From: Ruditapes philippinarum | Lineage: Eukaryota | Assembly (NCBI RefSeq): GCF_026571515.1 | Contig: NW_026858980.1 | Coordinates: 1 to 56,789, forward strand | Reading direction: 5' to 3' | DNA: 56,789 bases | In this document: positions 13,440 through 25,656 of the stretch, in pieces | Numbering within the stretch: the first letter of the stretch is position 1 | Layout of the letters: each line of letters opens with the position of its first letter | The notes under the pieces: generated by a model | Database searches by the model: none | Told to the model about the DNA's origin: nothing | Seen by the model: the letters and a program-made list of their open reading frames with translations, nothing else | Program-made: the position numbers and the translations under genes

Positions 13440-13800
13440 TAGCAGATAATTTATAACAGTTTTAACGTCCCATGTGGATGTGAACCGTGGCAGTGCCGGT
13501 GTTAATTGGAAAAAACCTTTCATAAATCTAGTAATTAACTCATTATTCTTTATATCAATGTTACCCGTCAGTCGAACAAAACAACAAATTGCTGATCTGG
13601 CTGTTCCAATAGCTGTGTAACTTAAACCCTGTTCGTAAAGATACTCTAAGAAACCTATGCGGTGCAAAGGTATTTGTCTCCCCTTTACAATAATGTAACC
13701 GTCTTTTGATATACGAGTCATATTGTTTACGCGTGCCCATTCTCCATGATTCAATAATGATTTTTCTTGTTTGTTTCGGTACCCCCGCTTTCGTAAAGCT
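13440..13800 (-). pseudogene. DIRS tyrosine recombinase, N-terminal fragment; catalytic part missing
   Basis: FLEYLYEQGLSYTAIGTARSAI...LITRFMKGFFQLTPALPRFTSTWDVKTVINYL, then breaks off. Confidence 0.8.
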
Positions 13801-13900
13801 TTCCTGATATACAGAAAGCCACTAGTGTCATTTTTGTTAAAGGATGTTTTATTCCTGGTTTGTGTACCAAGCTCAATATTTCTTGAGATTTTGGTAATAT

Positions 13901-14182
13901 CTAGCATGGACCGTGTATTAATTCTGTTAAAATTGGCCACCACGCCTGTGTTGTCCAGAGTGGGGCAATTATTACTGTCTCTGTTTTGTCCTCTTCGATT
14001 TTTTGTAATATGCGCGACATCAGGCTGAAAGGAGGAAACATGTAGAATAAACATTTATTCCAAGAAATTGTAAAAGCATTAACAGCAAATGCCTTATGTT
14101 CTGGATATCTAGTTACATATTTTGGCAATTTTGCATTAAGTCTTGAAGCAAATAAATCAATTTCTAATCGCGGAAATTTCAT
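13901..14182 (-). pseudogene. DIRS DNA N6-adenine methyltransferase-like domain
   Basis: IDLFASRLNAKL...AVNAF...YMFPPF...IIAPLWTTQAWW. Confidence 0.85.
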
Positions 14183-14488
14183 TTTTAGTTTTTGAAAAAT
14201 TGTGTCACTTAATGACCATTCTAAGTCGTCGTTTCCATTTCTGCTTTAACCGTCTGCCTGTGTATTCGGCAGTCCAGGCACGTGACACGCGGATAAATGT
14301 ATTTTCTTTTCAATGCACCAAAACCAAATTCGTCGCACAATACAATCTATTTTTTTTTATTTTTCCACCCAAACGATTTATATATGTACAACTAGCTGTA
14401 TTATCAGTGTGAAGACGGACATGTGTATTTGTGATATTTTTACAAAATGTCTTTAGTCCAATTTCGCATGCTTTCAGTTCTTAAACAT

Positions 14489-15469
14489 TTATATGTCAAC
14501 TGACCAGTATCCTTGGGTATTCAGATTATTGGTTTTATCATGAGCTCCATACATTTTTAATGAAGCGTCTGTATAAATATTTATTGTTGGAGGTGTCCGT
14601 AGGTTGTCAATCCACCATTGAATGGTATCAAATAACGTATTTGGAATAGACATAAATGAGTCAAAATTTCCAGAATTAATTTTGAGTTGTTTCTCTTTAA
14701 TCTTTTCTAACGGTCTAATATACAAAGTGGCGTACCGGACCCCCGGTGATGCGGATGTCATTTTTCCTATTAGTTTTGCATACTCGCGTATAGTTATCCT
14801 CTTTTTTCGTAAAAAATCACAACAAATGTTAATGATGTCATCTTGCTTTTCTTCTGTTAATCGCACTGTCATAGTCTCAGAGCAGAGTATGAACCCTAAG
14901 AAAACCAACTTTTTGCATGGTATAATTACCGACTTTGATTCATTTATCGTAAGTCCCAAACTGTCCATTAATTTTACTGTATCTAAAACATTCTTTGAAC
15001 AAGTTTGAAAAGAGTCTCCCATTAAACATGAATCATCTATAAAATATACGCTAATGTGGCCAAGTGCTTGTAGGTGTGCGAACACTGTGTTTAAAACTTT
15101 TGTCCAGATTTTTGGACTGAGGGAATAACCCATAACCAGCGCGGTAAATTGATACTTAATTCCGTCAAAGAAAAAACGGAAATATTTCCGATCGCTTTCC
15201 CTTATACTAATAGAATAAAATGCATCCGACAAATCGACCGAAGCCAAGTAACAGTCCTTCCTCATTAAACACAATGCTGATTGTAAAGTTTCCATTTTAA
15301 AATGTGATTTATCTACATAGTTAGTATTAAATTGCTTGAGATTTAAAATAATTCTAATGCGTCCATCTTTTTTCGGTCTAATAAAAATGTTTGATATAAA
15401 TTCATTTTCGATGTCAAGTCTAAACTGACTGACAATGGATAGATATCTATCATTAAGCAACAAGTGCAA
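14489..15469 (-). pseudogene. DIRS reverse transcriptase plus start of RNase H
   Basis: FISNIFIRPKKDGRIRIILNLKQFN, HFKME, DLSDAFYSI, FIDD, FLGF, IYTDAS. Confidence 0.92.
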
Positions 15470-16944
15470 TAATATCGTACAAATTTAAATATCGTTATTT
15501 TAAGAAATTATATGATGTATATCCATCTATTACCAACTTAATTTGTACGTAAAACCATAGTTGTTCGATATGTAGGCTAATTTGACGTGTTATCCGTCTT
15601 TTCGACGACCATATGAAAAATTTACCATAACGCGATGTATTTCCATCGCTAACAAAACAAAATTTTTGGCAATTAATTGACTTTGAATCTAATAACATAC
15701 TGATTCGTATTGTAGCATATTTGACGTGGTATCCGTCATGTCCCGTCCATTATGAACGGTCAATAACAACGCGATGTATATCCATCGCTGTTGTGTGTTT
15801 TGAACAGTTGAACGTGGTATCCATTCAAAAACTGTTTCCATATTGCAGAATTTTAATTTTTGTGACGTGGTATCCATCACTTATATTTATCAATGATTCT
15901 TCAATAAAATTTGCCTCTGCAAAGTTTATATGCGATGCTTTTTATAATTATTATAATTTGTAAAAACTAATATTACAACAAATAAAAAGAAATCTAAATA
16001 ATAACGTTTAAACATACCTCGTTGTCATTCTCATCCATTTTTGTCCAATTTTTCACTATCCTCAATAAAAAAATTCTTTGATAGATTACAGTGTAAATGT
16101 TTTGTTTTAGAATATTGTAACATGTTAACCTTAGCTGCTGAAGCCTCGTAATGAATACCTTGGCTGCTGGTAGCTGCGTTCCTAATCTGTGGGGCCCTTA
16201 AGGGAGTTTATGTGTTGGATGAAATATCCACTAAAACACTGAACGAACTCAATTTTAATGTATATCAAGACTTTTTCTAAAAAGCAATATATCTTGATTA
16301 AGTTTACAATGGAAATAAATAAATATAAAACAGTTTATTTAATATGCTATTGTGAATTTGTTGAAATGGCAGATTATTAGACTGTTGCGATGGCTTTGAC
16401 TTTCCATCAACAAAATACAGAACACCATGTGTTAGGATAGCCAGATTAAATCGAAATTGATTTGAGCAAAAGCATGGAAATCAGAACAATTTAACGGCTT
16501 TTATTTTTAACATGAAAACTCAAAAAGAGTTAAATTAAAATGCAAAACATTTTGGAACGGAGAGGTCCCTGCAGGTCAATGAATATAACAACGCCTTGCT
16601 TGGTTTTAAAGGGACAATGGTAAGCCTTTCTAAAGTACAACATCTGTAACGGCCCTGGAACCGGCTTGATACCGGTTGGAAATTAGTGACCCCGACTAAT
16701 AAAAATAAATGCAACGCCGAGATTGAAAAACTGGCATGTTTTTAAGGCTGCCACACATTATGGTCCGAGAATATGACATATTAGACATTCAGGACGTGAA
16801 CATAGGCCTATAGTGATTCTAAGAAATCCTTCTCCAAAAGTTGTGGCGGAGTAAAAAAGGAAAATGAAATATTTAAATTCGTTATGATTGTTATGAAAGA
16901 ATAACAAAAAGGGTTGCTAATTTTGCGTAATATGTAAAATATTC

Positions 16945-17045
16945 ATAAAAATAAAATGAAGGCATCTGTATAATGGCTACTTGTTCGTGGTTGTATTTCT
17001 AGTATCCTATGCTTTTAACAACCTCCGTCTCTACAGCAGTATGCA
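16945..17045 (-). pseudogene. Duplicated remnant of the mARC last exon and 3' flank
   Basis: ataaaatgaaggcatc..cttgttcgtggtt..ccgtctctacagcagtatg matches 25614-25721. Confidence 0.75.
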
Positions 17046-19136
17046 AACTATGTGAACTAAATAAAATGAAATTTTAAAAGGGGGTCAGAGGTTATGAAGC
17101 CTGCATATTACAGATAAGACGTCAAAAGACAAAATTAAAAAGCAGGCAACATATCCTAAGGGTGATTCAACATTATTCAAGTAGGAATATTCAAACCACC
17201 CAACTAGAAAATGCCGAAAAGTTAACACTAAAAGTACCACAAGCACAACAATAATGTCGTGCTGAACGATCTTTAAGGATCAGAATTTAAATATTTCATC
17301 TCTGATTTATGTACGGGGCGACTTTTTACAGCCTCCACACGGCATCCTATACATCCTAATTCACGACAAGTGCATACTCATTTTACGAATAAAATGTAAA
17401 CATATGAAGAACAAGAAAGTCTTGCTGATAAATTTCTTTTTTATCTACGCTATCGTTATAAAAAAATAGATTTGATCTTTGTTTACACCATTGTTCATGA
17501 GTTTCACATGAGCAACATTATTATTAGGGTATATTAAAGAAAATTTGAAGAATTTGCAGTTTATTGTTTATATATGAATATAGATTAATTGTTTTTACTT
17601 ATCAACGATTTTAAACTAACCTTATGGCCTTTCCCAAAACGGATAAATATTAAAAGAACCCAACCCCGGAACTCCAAGAGGACCTATCATGAGATTTTCT
17701 AAATTAAAATTCCAGTGTTCTCTTGTACAGTGTAAGAATAACAAATATTCTAAAACAAACAATTAAAACTTTTAAATAAAGGGTCAAATATTTAAAAATA
17801 GGGCACTACTAAGTCCAATGAAAAAGAAAACCAGATTAAAGATCCTGTATTGTGATCCCAAGTGGTATAACCACACTAAGTGAAAAATTTCATATCATGT
17901 TACCATAATTATGGCAAACAAACAATATTTCAACATCGAAGAAAATGCAAAATTGTACTTTCAAATATTTCTGCATATCATCGATGTAATCATTTAAATA
18001 TATGAAAATTTCATTCTTAATTTGGAAAACTTTTTAAACTTTAATAAAATATTTTTATATTACCTCCCTTTATTTACATGAAATGTTGAATTCGGTCATA
18101 TCTTTATAAATAATGTTTTTTGGAACATACAATATTGATAAATCTTCATTTGAACATCATATTTATGATCTAAAACCATAACAAAATTGTGTGTTACAGG
18201 ATCTTTAAACTTTACTATGTAAGACTTAGATGTAAAATATCGTTTCATATAAAATGAAAAGGTTTGCATGTTCGACAATATAGTAAATAAACAATATATT
18301 AACGAATAAACGTGCATGATATCAGACGGACTTTCAAATAAACAGGAAATTGGGGGAAATCAGTGATTGACATATAAAGTTACATATTACAGAGTTAAAA
18401 TATTTTACTTAATAGGCGTAAAATGTTAAAGAAATGCCAGGTAAGTTATACTTTATCACATATAAATTTACGAATTAAATAAATCAATGAAATATTTCAA
18501 ATATTGAATTCCTGTAACAATTACTTTGGTTTGCTTATATTGAAAAGTTGTTAAATATATTTTTAATTAATTCAGTTGGCTTACTTTGTTCTACTTAACA
18601 TAAAATGTTAGATAAAATTTTTCAAAAGGTTCAATCAAATTAGTGTGTTAAATAAATTGAAGGATATGTCCAAATATAGACAATCAATTCTTGTGTATTA
18701 TTTGGTTTGATAATTAAAAATATATTTTTTCTTTTTAGTATATAATAATACCATGATTAAGGATTTTCTCTCGATCACATATTACCGGCAAGACTCGACT
18801 TGTTGTAAACATTACATAGCCCATATATGTTTGTATACTGAGAACATTTATCAATATAAGCATCATATTTTTTTTTTAAATGTACCTTCCTTAATTTATA
18901 TGCTTTCACAAAAGCACTTTCCAGGTATTTAGTTTTCTTATTTTAAATGCTTACATGTTGTACATATACATGAATTTTATTTTCACAACAGTTAAGGCCT
19001 ACTTTTGGTCGGCGAGATAATTTATAATCTTTTGGTCACCTCAAGAATGTCTAGTCTAGATTTGAATGCTTAAAGAAGTTTAAAGAAAGTATATGTTTTA
19101 ATTAAAGTACAAGAAGAAAAAGATATACTCAAAGAA

Positions 19137-20999
19137 ATGACGAGTGAAACAGAAGTACACGTACACGAAGGAATTGCGAGTGAAAAAGAGGCATATAGGG
19201 ACGTTGCGAGCGAAGAAACACAAGACAAAGCTGTACGCATTTTAATTTCAAAGGTTTTTTAGTTAAAAAACGGTACATTTTAAATATTGTTTTTTGTTTA
19301 GATGGTATCTTGTTAAATTCTAGTCATGAGTACATGTAGTAGTTCCCATTTTTTCTTTATTAACATATAACTAGCATGAATACTTGGCTGAAATTTTCAA
19401 GTAAGGCATTTTATATGGACGCAAAGGTAGGCGAGATAAGCAAAGATGATAGATATTACTTTTGATACGTTATAGACAATCAAGAAAACATTTTCGATAA
19501 ATAGACATTTAAAAGTAGTTGATGCTATAAATGTAATTATATCCAAACATTAAAGGTTGATACACAGCCAAAATTGAACAAAGACAAACATGAAGAGAAA
19601 CGATTTCATTTGACAAGAGTACAGGCGGAGATACTTGCCTGGGTTGTCATATGTTGCGGCTGCTTTCTTCTTGGATGCTGTGCTCTATCATTCGCATGCC
19701 AGGTATGTATATAATAATGCCGATCCAATAGTATGTACGACTAAGCCTCGTGTTTGTAAACTCTGAACCAGTTTGAACCGGAAATGATTAACCTTTGCCA
19801 CCAGTACTGAGTCAGGAACATCCGTGTTAATATTGAAATCCTATTAATAGTATGAAAGGCAGTAAGCAGACGACGTCTTGCGTATAACAATTTGTCATTT
19901 TGGCAAACAAATGCTTAAAAGCGTTCGTATGAATCAAAGGAAAAATGATACATTAAAAAAACAACAGGCCGATTAGAAATGAATGCGCTCTGAGAATTTT
20001 TTTTCCTTACAACCTTCTTTCTGCAATTCTTTTAGCCATTCTTCATCATTTTTCAAAAATCCTATATTCCTATATATTCCTATAAAGAATATATCTTCCG
20101 GAGGTCATACTGAAAGAAGATATGAGCCGCGTCACGACAAAACCAACATAATGCGTTTGCGACCAGCATGGATGCAGACAAGCCTGCGCATCCGCGCAGT
20201 CTGATCAGGATCCATGCTGTTCGCTTACCAACTTTATTACAAGTAGAGATACTGATAGCAAACAGCATGGTTCCTGATCACACTGCGCGGATGCGCAGGT
20301 TGGTCTGGATCCATGCTGGTCGCAAACGCATTACGTTGGTTTTGTCATGACACGGCTCATATATTCCATGGTACAGTTTGGGATGAGAAAACACTTTATT
20401 ATTGTTGCCATAGTACCAATCGTTTAAAGGATTATCAACACTAATAAATGTAATAGTGAATTTTATTTACGATCCTTTTACTTTATTTATATTTTATAAA
20501 AACTGAAGTTCATTTTGTAACGATTCTATACAGCCATGCTTTGTCATAGTTATAAACTACGACTTTTTGCCGCTTTTGACTTTCTTTAGGGATTCTTTTT
20601 TTTCTTTATTGTATTTAGTTTATATGAAATAATGTCATCAGCAGATAATTGTTTATTTTTATATATTATCTGATACCAAACTCAGATTGGTTTTCTTTTA
20701 CTTAACTAAGTACATGTAACTGTAAAAGCAGCAATAATTATTTATACTTTTACATTGTTACATATCACAGACACTCAAATCTAATTCTCAATATTTGTCA
20801 TATCAAATATACTTGTCTTTTAACACATGAGGAAAGATTTTTTTAATGCATATACAATGATATTTTTCAGGCAAAGGAAGCTGAAGATGATAACGAATAT
20901 AAGAGAAGATTAGTTTGGTCAACGAGGTGCGGGATTGCAAGTCTTATTGTCACTATTACAAGTTGGCCTTTAGTTGCTTTATTAATTTATTTTACTTAA
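19137..20999 (+). CDS. CD225/dispanin-like membrane protein, copy 3. Exons 19137-19232, 19556-19702, 20871-20999 (~123 aa)
   Basis: MTSETEVHVHEGIASE..DKA|VDTQPK..AWVVICCGCFLLGCCALSFACQ|AKEAEDDNEYKRRLVWSTRCGIASLIVTITSWPLVALLIYFT*; same phase-0 exon structure as copy 1. Confidence 0.8.
20120..20362. mobile_element. Palindromic MITE, ~240 bp
   Basis: ATGAGCCGCGTCACGACAAAACCAAC..CCAGCATGG / CCATGCTGG..GTTGGTTTTGTCATGACACGGCTCAT; second copy at 42757. Confidence 0.9.
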
Positions 21000-21228
21000 A
21001 TACTTGGCTGCTTGATACCTTATAAACTCTTTAAAGTTACTTAATTTGTTTAACATTAAAGAAACCATGAACAAGACATAAATTCCATGTATCATGTATT
21101 TGAAGTGATTGTCGAAACTACGGTCCTTAAAACAGTCTGATTAACACAACATTCTTTGTTTTGGATATGTTGCGCATGAATGTAGCATATAAGCTGCCTT
21201 AACACTAAGTGTTCTCATTTTAAATGTA

Positions 21229-22551
21229 AAAAAAAAACGTGTCTAAATCTCTCGTATCATTTTTAGATGTAAACGTTTCTTTAGACGAAAACAATATTAT
21301 ACATACTGATATACATGTTAAAGAGACAGATAATCATCAGTATTTAGAATACTCTTCCTGTCACCCAGTGTCTTGTAAAAATGGTATTCCGTACAGTCAA
21401 GGAAAACGTTATCGCCGTATCATTTCTGACGATAATGTTTTCAACGATTCTTTACAGAATTCAAAGAAAGAAATTATCCTATCAATGTTATTGATACTGC
21501 ACTTAGTAAGGTTTCATGTCTAACACAAGATGAGGCCCTGTGCACTAACAACAAAACAAGTGATGGCAGTGTAATTCCCTTTGTTGTTGAGTATAACCCA
21601 ACTTTACCTAATATTAGTAATATCATTAAAAAGTATTGGGATTTACTTCAACTTTTAAGTAAATGTTCTGTGCAAAAGCTTCATGAAAGTAAACCTTTGG
21701 TTGCATTTAAAAGACCTAAAAATCTAAAAGACATTCTCGTTAATTCTAATGTTAGGTCTAATAACAAAAATGTGAAATGTTCATCCAAATGTAATAGAAG
21801 TAGATGTACACATTGCAGCTCTATTATTGAAAGCAATATATTTAGTAGTACTAATATTCCTGGTAAGAATTATCATGTAAATAACAATACTGATTGTTCT
21901 ACGAAAAATGTTATATATCTTGTCACTTGTGATAAATGTAAAGAGCAATATGTTGGTCAAACAAAGCAACAAGTGTCTAAACGCATGAATAGCCATAGGT
22001 TTGATATCAACAATTTTTCCGATCCGTTATTTTGAACCAATGTCGCTACACACTTCAATAAAACTAATCATTGTATTAAGGATTTTAAATTAATGCCCAT
22101 AGAGATTGTCTCCGATGATATGGAACGCTTATTATAAGAATCATACTGGATTCATAAGCTTAACACATTATCTCCTTATGGCATGAATGCAAAAGTTTTG
22201 TACAATATATAACTTTGTCATTATTGAGCCGGTATACATATACATGTAGTATGTTTTTTCTCATATCAAGGTTTTTTTTATTATTATTAATTATGAGAAT
22301 TTTTGTATCACATGTGCAGATCCATATTATATGTGTAATTTATTGTATATTGCTGTATTTATATTCATGAAAGATTCTGTATTTATTTGACAAAGTTTTA
22401 TTCCCGCGTTAACGTCACGTTGTGTTTAGCGTATAGTTAAACGGACGTTGCGTCATTTGTCATTTGTTATGTTATAAACGTCAATTTTTTCTGAAGAAGA
22501 CTAAACGTCGAAAGCTTAAGAAAAGCGTTTGTTTTTATTGAACTGATTATA
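21229..22551 (+). mobile_element. 5'-truncated, decayed Penelope-like retroelement (RT C-terminus plus GIY-YIG endonuclease)
   Basis: VSFLDV..QYLEYSSCHP..IPYSQGKRYRRI; NVIYLVTCDKCKEQYVGQT..RMNSHR; frameshift and in-frame stop; 13-bp direct repeat CATTTTAAATGTA at 21216-21228 and 22552-22564. Confidence 0.9.
22485..22524 (+). ncRNA. Minimal type-I hammerhead ribozyme motif at the Penelope 3' end
   Basis: tttttt-CTGAAGA-a-gac-taaac-gtc-GAAA-gc-TTA-agaaaa: CUGANGA and GAAA core, 3-bp stem II, palindromic AAGCTT, NUH site, U/A-rich stem I. Confidence 0.65.
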
Positions 22552-23510
22552 CATTTTAAATGTATAAATAAAGCAACACATCTTTACTGAAAGACTTCCA
22601 TTTGACATTATGCTCATTTTAAGCTGAATTGACTCACACGATTGACTGATATAATGGCGATTGACCAACAGTTGATACTCTCAAATGTTAAGGATAAAAT
22701 ATAAATCTACCCCACTCTTTTTATAAATTCCGATGGATTTTTACAGAAATTTGATTAAGCCATGTGAATTGTAAGGAAATTTGGCAAAATATAAACTTAT
22801 TTCTACTTTCTACTGTTCGCTGACTATATATCCTTGAATAAGCATAATGTCACTTTCAATATGTTATTATATTCATTTGCCCAAAATGACGCATTGTATG
22901 ACTGTAGACGTTTTTATTTGTTTGGGTCGTCAAAAAAAATGGTAGCGAAACCGAAAGTAGTCCAAACTCCTCGAAGCGGTTACTTCCCTTTATATGAACA
23001 CTAACGCCGAAAAATTAAGGGGAGATCACTGCATAAAGATTGTCAAATCACAGGCGCATTTATTTTCAAGCTTCCTCGGGGGAAAAATAGTTCCCAAATG
23101 CTCGAAGATTTTTAATATTGTGTTATTCTTTATAGATATACATGCTTATATTAAGCTCCATGATTATTTACATCAGTGTTAAACAACAGGTTTACCGTGA
23201 ACAAAATATATCGAAACTAATAACGGTTTTTTAAGCCAAAAAAAACATTGAATTGAATACCAGTGTTGCAATTAGTCTTATTACCAATTTACTACAGTTA
23301 TAGCACTGGAAACAGCATTGGTGGCACAAAACAAACACTAACTGGTTAATAATCTCACAACCTTTACCTTTCTGACATTCTGAGACCCAAAGAAATTCAG
23401 CGCCTTCTGTGCTTTGATTTAGACTTCCGATAAATATAATTATAAGGAACACAATGTAGCCATATTACACGGGAATTGAATATGACGGTCGTTAAAAATC
23501 AATGATTAAA

Positions 23511-23886
23511 GTAATGTCATAAATCGTTCAGGTAATGTCATAAATGGTTCAAGTAATGTCATAAATGGTTCAGGTAATGTCATAAATGGTTCAGATAATT
23601 TCATAAATGGTTCAGATAATGTCATAAATGGTTCATGTAATGTCATAAATGGTTCATGTAATGTCATAAATTATTCAAGTAATGTCTTAAATGGTTCAGG
23701 TAATGTCTTAAATGGTTCAGGTAATGTCATAAATGGTTCAGGTAATGTCATAAATGGTTCAGGTAATGTCATAAATGGTTCAGGTAATGTCATAAATGGT
23801 TCAGATAATGTCATAAATGGTTCAGGTAATGTCATAAATGGTTCAGGTAATGTCATAAATGGTTCAGGTAATGTCATAAATGGTTC
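23511..23886. repeat. 21-bp minisatellite, about 18 copies
   Basis: (GTAATGTCATAAATGGTTCAG)n. Confidence 0.97.
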
Positions 23887-25656
23887 TTGTTATGTCAATA
23901 TTTATGTTCTATCTCACTGTGTATTTCCAAAACGTACGAAGTTAAAATACAATGTCATTCTTGATAGGGGAGGTCAATTGAGATCAATGAAAATAAAAAA
24001 AAACTGGGTTTTATTGAATAGATTTATCACAAACAATGCCAAGCCTTTCCAGAGTGTAACATCTGTAACAACCCATGCACCGACTTATAAAAAGTAGTCA
24101 ACTTCAACACTTTTTGTTCTGGAATCAGTGATCCCGACGGATAAAAAAACAACAAAAAAACACCGAGATTGAAAAACAGGCATCTTTAAGGCTGCCACAC
24201 AGCACTTGACAACTGCTGATGCTTGTATAAGAACTGGAAATAGGAAAACCTCAAGGACATTGAGAAAAAAAAAGAGTTGAAAATCCGAGAATGTGACATA
24301 CATATAATAATACATTATAGTTTTTATTATATATTCGAGACGAAAAGAGCTATGAGCAACGTTGGGATTATACATTGTCTAACAACGTTTCTGCTTCACT
24401 ATTCGTTAAAATTGTTGTTGTGACAATATATCTGCACTAGTTTTAGAAATATCAACTTAATTTTGACTTACCTCAGGTAATGCTGTTAGAACTGTTGACC
24501 CTACCCTTTTGTATGTCCACTTGGCTATGTTTATAAAATTGTGAAATTCTATATTGTAAGTATATTTTTAACATAAAATATTATTAAACTTTGAAATAAA
24601 TATTAAAGTAAATGTAAATTTCAGGACATTTCTAAACTAAAAAAGGAGCATAACTTTAACAAAGTGCATTACAGATTTGTAAAACTTGACCTGATGGACT
24701 TCATGTAGTTTGTGGCACTCAATGGCAATTTTAGTTTCATGTATATGCTATATACTCTGAATGGTATTCTGATATTCAAAGTACTGTCAATTTCATGTTG
24801 TTTTCTTAGTGTACTGACCGTTCATTTTTTTAGAAGCTGTACCTTTTCGACATTAAAAGAAAAACACTAGAAACGTACCAGGACGAAAGTAACAGGAAAG
24901 TAATTCTCAGAGACCCCTCTTCGAACGTTGGTGGCGAAGTATAAAAAGGAAAACGAAATGTTCGTATTCGTTACTTCTCTCTTCCCCTCAAAATGCACGT
25001 CGCAGAGAAGGCACAGGGCCTCGACAAAAGTTAGGACGGCGGAAAAGATAACTGAAACTTGTCTCCAGCGGACTAGCTGCCGATGTTCGGACTAATGCCG
25101 AGGGGTGGGGCCTTACAAAGTAGACTGGGACGACGTAGAAAGTATGCTAGGGTGCGTGAGCCCCTAACACAGAGAGTGAATGCTGAAAAGGCAGACCTTT
25201 GGCATCAGCAGCCCTTTTAAGGGCTATTTTCTTTTTATATTGTCCCCGGTTACTGTACATTGAGGTTCTCATCGCCGCCGTATAGTGATGGCTCAAAATT
25301 CATATATGTGGCTAATGATCCGTAGAATTTGAAGGGTGGTATATTATCGCAACTTTGTGCTTCAAAACTGACCCTTTAAAGGCATGCCAGGTGACATGAC
25401 CGGATCAATACTCTACAATGAAAGCTGCTTTTTGTACTACATGTATAACTAGCGGATGGGCTCTCATAAAGCCTAGAACACATATATACATCGAATTTGT
25501 TATTTTCGTTATGAAAGAATAACAGATAAATGTTATCTCTTCTTTTTCAAAGTCAATTTTGCATAATATGAAAAAAAATATTCATATTATCATAAGAAGA
25601 AATTTAGTGATAAAATAAAATGAAGGCATCCATAAAATGGCAACTTGTTCGTGGTT

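Larger units (their letters stand above)
13233..16225 (-). mobile_element. Decayed DIRS1-like tyrosine-recombinase retrotransposon
   Basis: RT, RNase H, methyltransferase-like and YR N-terminal remnants in order; inverted terminal repeats 13287-13367 and 16150-16225; paralogous empty site near 21190. Confidence 0.9.

Noticed and set aside
14622-15008. 128-aa plus-strand ORF (also 13771-14028)
   Set aside because: Antisense shadows of DIRS coding sequence
19983-20350. Overlapping short ORFs on both strands
   Set aside because: Arise from the palindromic MITE
23671-23877. ORF (MTLPEPF)n
   Set aside because: By-product of a 21-bp minisatellite; no splice or domain support
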